This document shows positions 39,721 through 49,884 of a DNA stretch of 49,884 nucleotides, in pieces. The position numbers and the translations under genes are program-made. Origin of the DNA: Octopus bimaculoides (taxonomy: Eukaryota). The DNA lies in contig NC_068986.1 in NCBI RefSeq assembly GCF_001194135.2, forward strand, positions 116,458,108 through 116,507,991, read 5' to 3'. The first letter of the stretch is position 1. Each line of letters begins with the position of its first letter. The notes under the pieces were generated by a model. The model saw only the letters and a program-made list of their open reading frames with translations. It was not told where the DNA came from and made no database searches.

Positions 39721-40030
39721 CATGCGTAGGCGTGTATTTGTTAATTTTTTTCGTGTTCCCCTCTACTTGAGATAACTGTCGTCATTGACAGATGAGAAGT
39801 TAAGTAGTTGTGAGTTGGGATGTTTTTTAAGGAATTTGGTTAGAATATGATACTTCGTGTCGTCAAACTTGTTACATCTGTAAACCCTGGCGTTCACATT
39901 CCGTTGGTTGAACTGAGAGAACCCGACCTACCGATTCAGTGCCGGTCCTTCTGCACGCCCAAAGATGCACAAACACGCAAACACAAATATTCTGGATACA
40001 GTACTCCATACAAAGCGGTCGTTTTATAAA

Positions 40031-40063
<33 letters not shown>

Positions 40064-40689
40064 GTATGTTTTTGAAGGATTATTAGACGATTAGGACCAT
40101 AATTTTTGACAAAATGTTACGTATGAAACACGTCTGTATTTTCAATCCGTTCAATTATGTTCAAATTAGATGATATTTGCTTTGTTAATAAGAAAATAAT
40201 GGTAATCCAGTACATTTACTGGGAGAAATTATTTACCTGAAAACTTTCCAGAAAGATGACTCCGGAGACGTAGTTCAATTGGGTAACAACAATCTAAGAC
40301 CCAGTAACAAATGTTTCTTGAATTTTCTTGAGTTGTCAATCAGTCAGCTGAAGTGATCTGATCCTTCTGTATGGTTCGATCCAGGATCATCGATGCACTA
40401 AAGGGGGCGAGTATATCCACTTGTAAAGTAGTACATATACTAGAAAGAAGAATTCAAAATACGAGTGTTCATCGGAGTGAAGTAATCTTAAATGTCGAAG
40501 GCCAACTGGGGACATTTGTAAATCGTAACATTTAAATAATCATTTGGATCCCAATGGGTTTAGAACTTTGGTTCTGTCTGTGTATATGCCGATGCATACA
40601 CTTAAGAAAGTATATAGTTGTGTATGTATGTATGTGTGTGTATGTACGTGTGTAGGTGTGTATGTATGTATGTGTCTCTTCTAGTTTTT

Positions 40690-41228
40690 CATTATAATAA
40701 ATCTTCCACTGAGGCGGGAGCTGGTTTCCAACAAAGATGTAATTAACACAGACAAATTCACATTTGGAACTTGAGAAAAGTCTTGCATATTTTTACTGTT
40801 CCACTCATAGACTGCACTTGTAATGCACGAATTAACCGGTCGATTTCTCTTTCTGAAAATCCCAGTTTATCCAGATTCTCCTTTAAGCATTTACTAACCA
40901 AACCTCATGCTCCAATTATTATTGGTATGAACATGAATTCATAGTCTGGATATAGAAGCTGGAGGTTTCGAAACAGTTGTCCATAGATATCCTCTCTTTC
41001 TTTGATTTTCAAAGAGATATTTATATCTGCAGGACAGCTGACCTCCATGATGGTACATACTTTTGCTCTTTTGTCCCAAACAACAATATCTGGCCTGTTA
41101 TGCTTACATTTGACAATGGGAATATTCCAGCAGTATTCTTTGAGTTGGTGCTTATGAATGTGTTCCATAACAGAGGGATCTTCTAAGTTTATTTCAGGAC
41201 AATCTTTTTTGCGGATGGCATTGTAAAT
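40690..41228 (-). mobile_element. 3' fragment of the same RLE-LINE family as 28100-30290
   Basis: KCKHNRPDIVVWDKRAKVCTIMEVSCPADINISLK..LQLLYPDYEFMFIPIIIGA and SGTVKICKTFLKF. Confidence 0.85.
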
Positions 41229-41236
41229 GTGCACGC

Positions 41237-41268
<32 letters not shown>

Positions 41269-41922
41269 ATGTATGTATGTATGTATGTATGTATGTATGT
41301 ATATATATATATATNNNNNNNNNNNNNNNNNNNNNNNNNNNNNNNNNNNNNNNNNNNNNNNNNNNNNNNNNNNNNNNNNNNNNNNNNNNNNNNNNNNNNN
41401 NNNNNNNNNNNNNNNNNNNNNNNNNNNNNNNNNNNNNNNNNNNNNNNNNNNNNNNNNNNNNNNNNNNNNNNNNNNNNNNNNNNNNNNNNNNNNNNNNNNN
41501 NNNNNNNNNNNNNNNNNNNNNNNNNNNNNNNNNNNNNNNNNNNNNNNNNNNNNNNNNNNNNNNNNNNNNNNNNNNNNNNNNNNNNNNNNNNNNNNNNNNN
41601 NNNNNNNNNNNNNNNNNNNNNNNNNNNNNNNNNNNNNNNNNNNNNNNNNNNNNNNNNNNNNNNNNNNNNNNNNNNNNNNNNNNNNNNNNNNNNNNNNNNN
41701 NNNNNNNNNNNNNNNNNNNNNNNNNNNNNNNNNNNNNNNNNNNNNNNNNNNNNNNNNNNNNNNNNNNNNNNNNNNNNNNNNNNNNNNNNNNNNNNNNNNN
41801 NNNNNNNNNNNNNNNNNNNNNNNNNNNNNNNNNNNNNNNNNNNNNNNNNNNNNNNNNNNNNNNNNNNNNNNNNNNNNNNNNNNNNNNNNNNNNNNNNNNN
41901 NNNNNNNNNNNNNNNNNNNNNN

Positions 41923-41968
<46 letters not shown>

Positions 41969-41969
41969 G

Positions 41970-42648
41970 ATCTATTCAATCTCAGTGACAGATATTTTAA
42001 TTAATTCTTTTTAACTAAACAGTTTGAAACTTCGGATGCTGGTTGAATGTGTCACATAGAACAGGGTTTACTCTTAACATTTTTGACAAAATTTTGTATT
42101 TTAGAAGTTATTTCGTGTGAAAGGTGTCGTATTTGGGTAATTTAAGCCAATCAATGACGTGTATTCAGCTGAAGAAAGTTAATGCTGTTAGCGAAAGTAA
42201 TGGAAGAGCAACAACTTCCGGGTCATCAGGTCATGAAAAAGAGAGACAGAGGTGGGAGAAAAGTATAAAAAATAAGAAAAGTTCTTTTATAGGGAATACA
42301 TACTCGCGTGTGTGTGTGTGTGCGTGTGTATTTTTTCCATCTTATCCAATGTGTCCTCTCGTTTATATAATGTTAGCGTGTGACATTGAGAGAGATTTGG
42401 CTGTTATTCTCTGCAGGTCAAGTAACTATACAAATTCTCCCATTTTCTCACATATACACATACAGACATGCATACATGCACACATACATGTATACACACA
42501 TACATACATGCACACATACACATATATACATATATACACACATACATGTGCATACACACGAATATACGTTTTAATCGTTAATTTCAGATAATTCGTTCAG
42601 TGACTGCCCCTGATTTTTTAAACGTGACAAATCGTAGAGAGAGAGAGG

Positions 42649-42680
<32 letters not shown>

Positions 42681-42853
42681 GAGAGAGATAGAGAGAGAAA
42701 GAAAGGAAAGAGTGGTGGTGTGTTGACGATCTGAACGACAGCTTATATAAACTTACTGACCCCTACCACTGCATATTAATTATTAAACCCTCTCCTTTTC
42801 CTTGCTACCATTCGGGCTTTTATCAGCTTTACATATGAATGTATGTATGTATT

Positions 42854-42934
<81 letters not shown>

Positions 42935-43270
42935 GTGTGTGTGTGTGTGTGAATGTACATATACATGTGTCTGTATTTACGTACATATTATGCATGCAGT
43001 GTCAAAAACAGATGACCTAATGACCCGGAAATTGTTGCTCTTCCATTACTTTCGCAAACAGCAGTAACTTTCTTCAGCCACATCATTGATTGGTTAAAAT
43101 TACCCAAATACGGCAGCTTTATCACGAAATAACTTCTAAAATACAAAATTTTGTCAAAAAAGTTAAGAGTAAACCGTGTTCTATGTGACACATTCAACCA
43201 GTATCTGAAGTTTCAAACTGTTTAGTTTAAAAAAATTAATTAAAAGATCTGTGACTGAGATTGAATAGAT
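41970..43270. repeat. Long inverted repeat with ~260-bp arms (41970-42234 and 43012-43270) and a ~780-bp spacer; possible foldback/MULE-like element
   Basis: Arms align along their whole length with scattered substitutions and a small indel (ATCTATTCAATCTCAGT..GGTCATCAGGTCAT versus ATGACCTAATGACCC..ACTGAGATTGAATAGAT). Confidence 0.9.
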
Positions 43271-44483
43271 TAAACTTTAATATTTTAGAAGGTACTTTTC
43301 AAAATGGTGACATTTGATAAATATTTCAGTCTAGTATTCGGGTAATATATGGAATTGTTTATGTTTTTCACAGAAACATCCCAGTTTATGTGTATTTATA
43401 TGAGTTGTGCTCATATAAACATCATCTTTAGCCCAACATGGAAAACTGGATGTTTCTTCATATACAATATCAGAACGAAAATAAACTCCAACGAGAAAAC
43501 CTTTGTTTTTATTATTTGATGATTGTTTGGGTTTTAGCAGAAACGTAAATTCACTGTTTAACATTTTATCTATAACGAGCTTATATGATATTACATCCAT
43601 ACATAAATACGTACACATCCATGCATATCTTTGTGTGTCTGTCTGTTTCTGTACGTGAGTAATTATATAATATATAGATATACAATACACACATACATAT
43701 ATATATATATTTGTATATACATGCACGCGTATATATGTATATGTGTGTATGCATGTATGTTTATGCGTGCGTATGTGTTTGTGTGTCAAGGTATGTGTGT
43801 GTAAATTTATTTACCTCCAGTTGGGAAGTATTATTTCTAAGAGTTTCAAGTGGGTAATCACAGCTAAGTTGAACCAATGAGGCAATAAATCACTCATGGT
43901 GTTGTTGTTGTTGTTGCTACTGTTGTTGGTTGTAGGTTTCTAGCGATATAAATAGTGTGGTAACATTGCTGGAAGTGGCAGCGGGGTATGTTGTAGTAGC
44001 TGTGATGGTGGTGGGGTGGTGGTGGTGGCGGTGGTGATAGCAGTAGGCGATATGTGGCTATTGAGTGCATTGTAGTTAAGTGTGGTGATAGTGTAGTAGA
44101 GGTTCAGTGGTGCGTCTGGCTACGGGGGTAATTGTAGCAGCACTGAATTGGGTGTGGATAATCTTGGAGAATTATTATGAAAAGTATGAGTTCTTTAGAG
44201 AAAATATTTCCTAAATCATTGTATCCTGTTTCTGTTGACATCTGGTGTACACACACACACACACGCACGTACACATACACACACACATACGCACACACAC
44301 ATTCACATACGCATAAGCATATATCTTCATTTTTTTTACTTTGTACTTGTTTCAGTCATTGGACTGCAGCCAAGCTGGAGCACTGCGTTGAGTGGGTTAG
44401 TCGAACAAATCGACTCCAGCACCTTTCTTTTTCTTGATGGCGGGGTACAGACCCAAATACACACACACACACATACATACACA

Positions 44484-44531
<48 letters not shown>

Positions 44532-44932
44532 TTGTTGACGTCGAAAGTTTCCTAATTTGTGTTAGATTTGCGTTTGAGCTTCTGTAATGTGTGAATAGAT
44601 AATTTAATTAGTTGGAGTGAACAAGAAGGAGTACGGTTGGACATTCATTTGCAATCACTACAATTGTTTCCACGCAACGTAGTTCTCTAGGCTTGCAGGC
44701 ATTTGGTCATGTAACCGTTTCTCTGCATTATGAGATTTAGTTGTTTCCTCTGCCGATATGTAAATATCATCTCGGTAAACTCAAATTCTCGGCTTCAAGC
44801 ACATCCTATCTGTCTGTCGTGGCCTGCAAGTCACTGAGTGGCCTGTGAGTCTCTGAGTGGCTACTGTGTGCGTGTGTGTGTGTGTGTGTGTATAATCTCT
44901 ATGTCATCAAGCTAATCTTTTTCAACTTGCAG

Positions 44933-45023
44933 TCATACGGCGCCAGAAATAACACTGACCACTGTAAAGCCTGACAATGTGGTCAAATGGAAAATGAATC
45001 AGCTGGACAGGAACCAAAATGGA
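44933..45023 (+). CDS. SMOC: SMOC-like gene, exon with the start of EC-domain EF-hand 1; phase 2-0, 91 nt
   Basis: Acceptor tttttcaacttgcAG and donor GGA|GTAAGT. Translation HTAPEITLTTVKPDNVVKWKMNQLDRNQNG matches the SMOC VVxWxFxQLDxN motif. This exon is absent from the ORF track because it is short. Confidence 0.85.
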
Positions 45024-45789
45024 GTAAGTCACTCGTTCTTGCTTTCTCTCCCCCGCACACCCTGTATAGTTTATGCAAAAGAGGACAGGCGGCGTCGGTG
45101 ACATTATTTGTGGCCGAATGCTTGTAATAGTGTACCGAACGAAAGGCCTTGACTATTACGTGATGCTGTTAAACTGGGCCTTCGATTAATTCTCTCATCT
45201 AAGAACAGAAATGGTCACTGATAATCTTTACAGTTAATGTCAACGCAGTTTCGCTCTCAAAGATGGTATCATGGTAGATGAGATTTGTACAAAGTGCCGT
45301 GAAGTGAGATCGAGCTCTGGAATATATTGCTGCGATCCGAAGTCTTTAATTATTCTGTCTTTCCTTACATACACACACACACACTCTCTCTCTCTCTCTT
45401 CTCCCTCTTTCTCTCTCTCTTCTCATCTCTCACGTTCTTTCTCCTTCGTTATTACTGTTTTTTACTTTGTTCCCGATATTTCACAATATACTTTCTCTTG
45501 TTGACAAGTTTCGAACTTCTGTGTAATTCCCGCATCCATCAAGGTTTGTCTTTTAAATAAACCATGCAGGGAGAAATCAGCTCCTAGGAATTTTTCAGCT
45601 CCTCTAAACAGGCGCTATTCATGGGGGGTTGATACCAAGGCTTACTGTCTGTGAGTCAAGGTATCCCAGAAAGGTGAGATTAATACAGTTGGTGCCACGA
45701 CTGAACGTCTGGTTCGCATGCTCTACTAACGGACCCAGAGAGTACTTGAGCGTGATAAACAAGACGTAGCTTAGGTCTATCACTCACTA

Positions 45790-46330
45790 AGTGCTTCTAC
45801 ATGCAGTCTTGTTTTTTACTGATTCGTTCATCACTGATCCAAGATAACACGGTACGCTCTATTTTGAACCTTGCCACACTTAACACGGATTCACCAGTGT
45901 TAATAGGGGTTGATGATCGGTCAAAACATTCTATTTGTACTGCAAAACATACCCCATGCACCATCTACAATATTCAACTATCCAGAATACTCTGACTATC
46001 GCTTATGTTTACATGACTATGCAAGTCTGTGCTTTTGTAAATACGGATTTACGTATTTGAATCCATCAGAATGGGGTCAGTGAACAGACAAAATACAAAG
46101 GTGTCTGACCCTAACAAACGACATTAACGAGTGTATTTTCTACTGTTAAAAGTAGAGATAATCAAGAAAATACTTCATGGTGGAAACTTCGCTGCTTTGA
46201 GCCACGAGTTTGATGTCAATGAATCTTCTATTCGTTCTATTTACAAAGTGCTTGGAAATTATTTATTTATCACGGGGCTTTTATAGAACCAACCTTCTCC
46301 TCCTGTGATAAACAAGGATAAACGTATAAT
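45790..46330 (+). mobile_element. Internally deleted pogo/Tigger-like remnant
   Basis: 46140-46247 translates LLLKVEIIKKILHGGNFAALSHEFDVNESSIRSIYK, a CENP-B/psq-type HTH typical of Tigger N-termini. Degenerate TIR-like ends. Confidence 0.55.
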
Positions 46331-46566
46331 TTGTATGAATATAAAATCGTTACTGATCTTTAGTTTTTACTTGTGACAGTCATTGGACAGCGGTCATGCT
46401 GAGGTCTTGAGGTGTTTTATTGAACTAATCGACTTCAGTACATATTTTTAAAAGTCTGGTACTTATTCTATCGACCTCTTTTGCCGAACTGTTAAGTTGT
46501 CCAGTGACTTGCTGGGGGCAAACACAAAAACTATTTCATTTGATACACACACGCACTTATATATGC

Positions 46567-46710
46567 AGTTTTACCAAATTCACGCACAAGGCATTAGTCG
46601 GCCCGAATCTATAATACAAGACACTTGCCCAAGGTGCCGTACAGCGGGACTGTACTTGAAACTACTTGATTGTAAAGCGAGCTTCTGGACCACACAACCA
46701 TGTCTACGCC
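46567..46710 (-). mobile_element. SINE family B, 5' half
   Basis: Reverse complement of the core: AAGACACTTGCCCAAGGTG..GACCACACAACCATG. Confidence 0.75.
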
Positions 46711-46819
46711 TAATAATTAATATTTATAATTCGGAGTTTTCTATCATATTTCTGTTCACATCTTAATTTAATTTCCCTTTCGATTTGTTTTTCCTGTCTT
46801 CCGAAAATTGTCCCTGAAG

Positions 46820-46976
46820 CGATTGGAACGGAAAGAACTCAGAAAATTTAAAAAAGACTTACGTAAACGGAAGAAAAAATCTCGCAAATGCGGACGTAAT
46901 TTCTTGCGCTACTGTGATGAAGACCAGGACAAAATAATAACATTAGCGGAATTCATCGATTGTATGGGAGTAAATC
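46820..46976 (+). CDS. SMOC: SMOC-like gene, exon with the end of EF-hand 1, a basic cluster and EF-hand 2; phase 0-1, 157 nt
   Basis: Translation RLERKELRKFKKDLRKRKKKSRKCGRNFLRYCDEDQDKIITLAEFIDCMGVN. The acceptor ccctgaAG|CGA was chosen because it completes a 12-residue EF loop (DRNQNG-RLERKE) with the previous exon. Donor AATC|GTAAGT. Compare SMOC KCxRxFxxYCDxNxDKxIxxxExxxCLG. Confidence 0.88.
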
Positions 46977-46987
46977 GTAAGTATAGC

Positions 46988-47096
46988 CTTCTTCTTCTTC
47001 TTCTTCTTCTTCTTCTTCTTCTTCTTCTTCTTCTTCTTCTTCTTCTTCTTCTTCTTCTTCTTCTTCTTCTTCTTCTTCTTCTTCTTCTTCTTCTTC
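46988..47096 (+). repeat. Perfect (CTT)n, about 36 units
   Basis: Read directly from the sequence; starts 11 nt after the donor at 46977. Confidence 0.97.
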
Positions 47097-47112
47097 TCAT
47101 TGTCATCATCAA

Positions 47113-47285
47113 TGCTTAGCGGTATTTCATCCGCCTTGACGTTCTGAGTTCAAATTCCGCTGAGGTCGGCTTTGCCTTTTATTCTTTCGGGGGTCGATAA
47201 ATTAAGTACCAGCTGAGTACTAGGGTCGATGTAATCGACTATCTCCCTCCCCCAAATTTCAGGCCTTGTCCCTGTTGTGGAAAGA
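47113..47285 (+). mobile_element. SINE family A copy, 5' part lost next to (CTT)n
   Basis: AATGCTTAGCGGTATTTC..GAGTTCAAATTCCGC..CAAATTTCAGGCCTTGT tail. Confidence 0.8.
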
Positions 47286-47297
47286 ATAATAATAATA

Positions 47298-47351
<54 letters not shown>

Positions 47352-47565
47352 GAGTGAGAGAGCAGTCAAAGTGCCATCAAAGTAACACTGCGGTAAAATT
47401 TACGAAGCCTAGTATACCCATCATGACTACCCGTCTGATAAGGGTACACCAGGCACATGCATCACAACCATATGTGTGTGACATAATGATCTCATATCAA
47501 GATAAACACCTTGCGGGTAGGGCTCAGTTAGAATTTCCTTCAGGTCGAGTTGCCCATCCCACTCA
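47352..47565 (-). mobile_element. R4/Dong-type 3' UTR fragment with (TAA)n tail
   Basis: Minus strand ends GACTGCTCTCTCACTC-AATAATAAT. Family assignment is from recall and the tail type. Confidence 0.5.
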
Positions 47566-47599
47566 ATATCATCAGCAGCAGCAACAACATCATCACTAT

Positions 47600-47786
47600 A
47601 AGGCAGCGAGTTGGCAGAATCGTTAACACGCCGGACAAAATGTTTAGCGACGTTTCGTCCGTCTTTATGTTCAGAGTTCAAATTCCGCCGAGGTTGACTT
47701 TGCCTTTCATCCTTTCGGGGTTGTTAAAAATAAGTACCAGTTGAACACCTCCCGGCAAATTGCTAGCCTTGTGCCAAAATTTGAAA
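47600..47786 (+). mobile_element. SINE family A copy
   Basis: GGCAGCGAGTTGGCAGAATCGTTAACACGCC..GAGTTCAAATTCCGCCGAGG..GTGCCAAAATTTGAAA. Confidence 0.8.
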
Positions 47787-47844
47787 TCATCATCATTATT
47801 TCATATACCCACAACAGATTAGACTGTTGGAAATGAAAAATTCC

Positions 47845-48470
47845 TAGCATCGGGTAACTTTAGATGTTTTCTGGAGCTGCACTCAGCTGGGTTTTATATC
47901 TACTGCATTTCCTCTATCTATCTATTCAAAATCTTTAGGGATAGCTCCTAATGCACCTATAACCACAGGGATACATCTTACCCACACTATCCATAGCCTC
48001 TGTAACTCAATGTTTTCTTTTTTAGAGGTTTTTTTTTGTCATCCGTGACACTTTTGCTCTGGCTAGTGTTATACTAACACTATACCAAAAGAGCGAATCG
48101 TATTCAATGACCAAAAGTCTTTGGATCATTCCTTCTCCTTCGACATTCTCCCACCCTCCTTAGAATCCTTGCTGTTCCTAACAAGGCTCTTTTCTGCAAC
48201 AGTGCTGTCCTGATTGCAATTTCTCGCTTCTCAAGCAATGCATCCAATCTTTTACTAACTTCGGCCAGTGCTCCATTCACAATCGGTACCACTTCTACGT
48301 ACCCGGTTCTCCATAGTTCTCTAATTTCTCTCTTCGTCTCTTGATATTTCTTCACTGTCTCACTTCCTTCCTCATTCACCCAGTAGTCCCACGGTGAAGT
48401 AATATCCTCTATAATTGTTTTTGTCTTTACTACGGCATCGATATCAGGTTTTCTAACCACAATAAAATGG
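47845..48470 (-). mobile_element. Two R4-like RLE 3' fragments (about 47845-48025 and 48085-48470)
   Basis: RKPDIDAVVKTKTIIEDITSPWD..VEVVPIVNGALA..LLQKRALLGTARILRRV, and PVVIGALGAIPK. Confidence 0.75.
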
Positions 48471-48593
48471 TCACATTGGACAGTTAATGTTATTGTTGTT
48501 GGTTGACGTTATTTTTGTCGTTAATGTCACAACTTTTGTTATTATTATTATTATTATTTGTAATAAGATCTAATCTTAAATGTCTAATTTCAG

Positions 48594-48670
48594 GTAATTA
48601 CCACAGCATGACTGTCCACAGCCACAGGCGTGGTGAAAACCCGCTCAGAAAATACCTAATAGATGACTAA
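48594..48670 (+). CDS. SMOC: SMOC-like gene, probable terminal coding exon ending in TAA
   Basis: Acceptor ctaatttcAG|GT joins in phase 1 to give (R)NYHSMTVHSHRRGENPLRKYLIDD*. This resembles the basic-G-x-NP-(F/L)-x-x-YL C-terminus I recall for invertebrate SMOC/Pentagone proteins (from memory, not searched). Confidence 0.7.
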
Positions 48671-48975
48671 AGAGTAAAACGCGCACAGAATCAAAAGACA
48701 ATGGACGCCATTTTATTATCACAAAAACAAAATGGACGCTGAGACGTGTGTAGTTTTTTTTATAAATTTTAGACAAAAAAATACAAATGCTTCAATGGTA
48801 ACTTTTGTCTCAACAAGAACACATTACCAATTCCATATGCATTACAACTGAAGAACAAATCTTGAAAAAAAACCAAGATGAACCAAAAACACAAATGATA
48901 AATAATAATATGAAATATTCAAACTGTGGCTAAAGAAAATGGCAATTAAAATAAAGAGAGATATGTTTAAAAGCA
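48671..48975 (+). other. Probable 3' UTR of the SMOC-like gene with polyadenylation signal
   Basis: Non-repetitive A/T-rich sequence after the stop codon, with overlapping ATTAAA (48945-48950) and AATAAA (48950-48955). Confidence 0.45.
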
Positions 48976-49396
48976 AATATAAAAATATATAAACGATTGG
49001 AAGGAGGCAACAAAAGACGTAAACCAGGTCATGTGTTTATGTATATATATATATNNNNNNNNNNNNNNNNNNNNNNNNNNNNNNNNNNNNNNNNNNNNNN
49101 NNNNNNNNNNNNNNNNNNNNNNNNNNNNNNNNNNNNNNNNNNNNNNNNNNNNNNNNNNNNNNNNNNNNNNNNNNNNNNNNNNNNNNNNNNNNNNNNNNNN
49201 NNNNNNNNNNNNNNNNNNNNNNNNNNNNNNNNNNNNNNNNNNNNNNNNNNNNNNNNNNNNNNNNNNNNNNNNNNNNNNNNNNNNNNNNNNNNNNNNNNNN
49301 NNNNNNNNNNNNNNNNNNNNNNNATATATATATATATATATATATATGAATATATATATATATATGAATATCTATATATGTGTGTTTGTATGTATG

Positions 49397-49459
<63 letters not shown>

Positions 49460-49542
49460 TTATGTATATATATATATACGTATATACGTATATATATATA
49501 TATACACATATATATGTGCGTGTTTGTGTATATATGTATATG

Positions 49543-49580
<38 letters not shown>

Positions 49581-49758
49581 TATATGTGTGTGTGTATATG
49601 TACACATACACACACATATATATATGTGTGTGTGTGTGTCCTTATATATATATTATAGTATGTATGTATACTACATATATAGGCACACTGCATATATTTA
49701 TATACGTAATAAATATTTTACGTATATATATGTGTGTGTATAAGTACATATATATATG

Positions 49759-49822
<64 letters not shown>

Positions 49823-49884
49823 CGTGTGTGTGTGTGTCTCTTTGTGTGTAATGCAATATGCTTGCATCCATGTATGTATGTATA

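Noticed and set aside
39037-46976. Alternative call as testican/SPOCK or SPARC
   Set aside because: SPOCK has EC before TY and SPARC has no TY domain; the order here and the REMKG linker fit SMOC.

Overview
AT-rich, repeat-saturated animal genomic DNA with many N gaps. The SINE families and dense (TA)n/(CA)n/(TAA)n tracts look like an Octopus (coleoid cephalopod) genome; this is an inference from recalled repeat families. The only host protein-coding gene I can support is a + strand SMOC-like gene (thyroglobulin type-1 domain followed by an EF-hand EC domain). Its visible exons are 39037-39267, 44933-45023, 46820-46976 and a terminal exon at 48594-48670. At least one internal exon and the signal peptide/Kazal/first-TY exons were not found and may lie in gaps. 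The rest of the window is degenerate mobile DNA: tRNA-derived SINEs of several families, many R4/Dong-like RLE-LINE fragments tied to (TAA)n tracts, L1/Tx1, RTE and possibly CR1-like remnants, Tc1, mariner and Tigger remnants, a small MITE, and two Penelope-type terminal repeats with minimal hammerhead-ribozyme-like motifs. Structural highlights are three intronic hairpins (62-bp, 176-bp and ~260-bp arms) and a SINE variant whose 3' tail resembles the L1/Tx1 3' end. Almost all ORFs in the supplied track are microsatellite, gap or TE artefacts.
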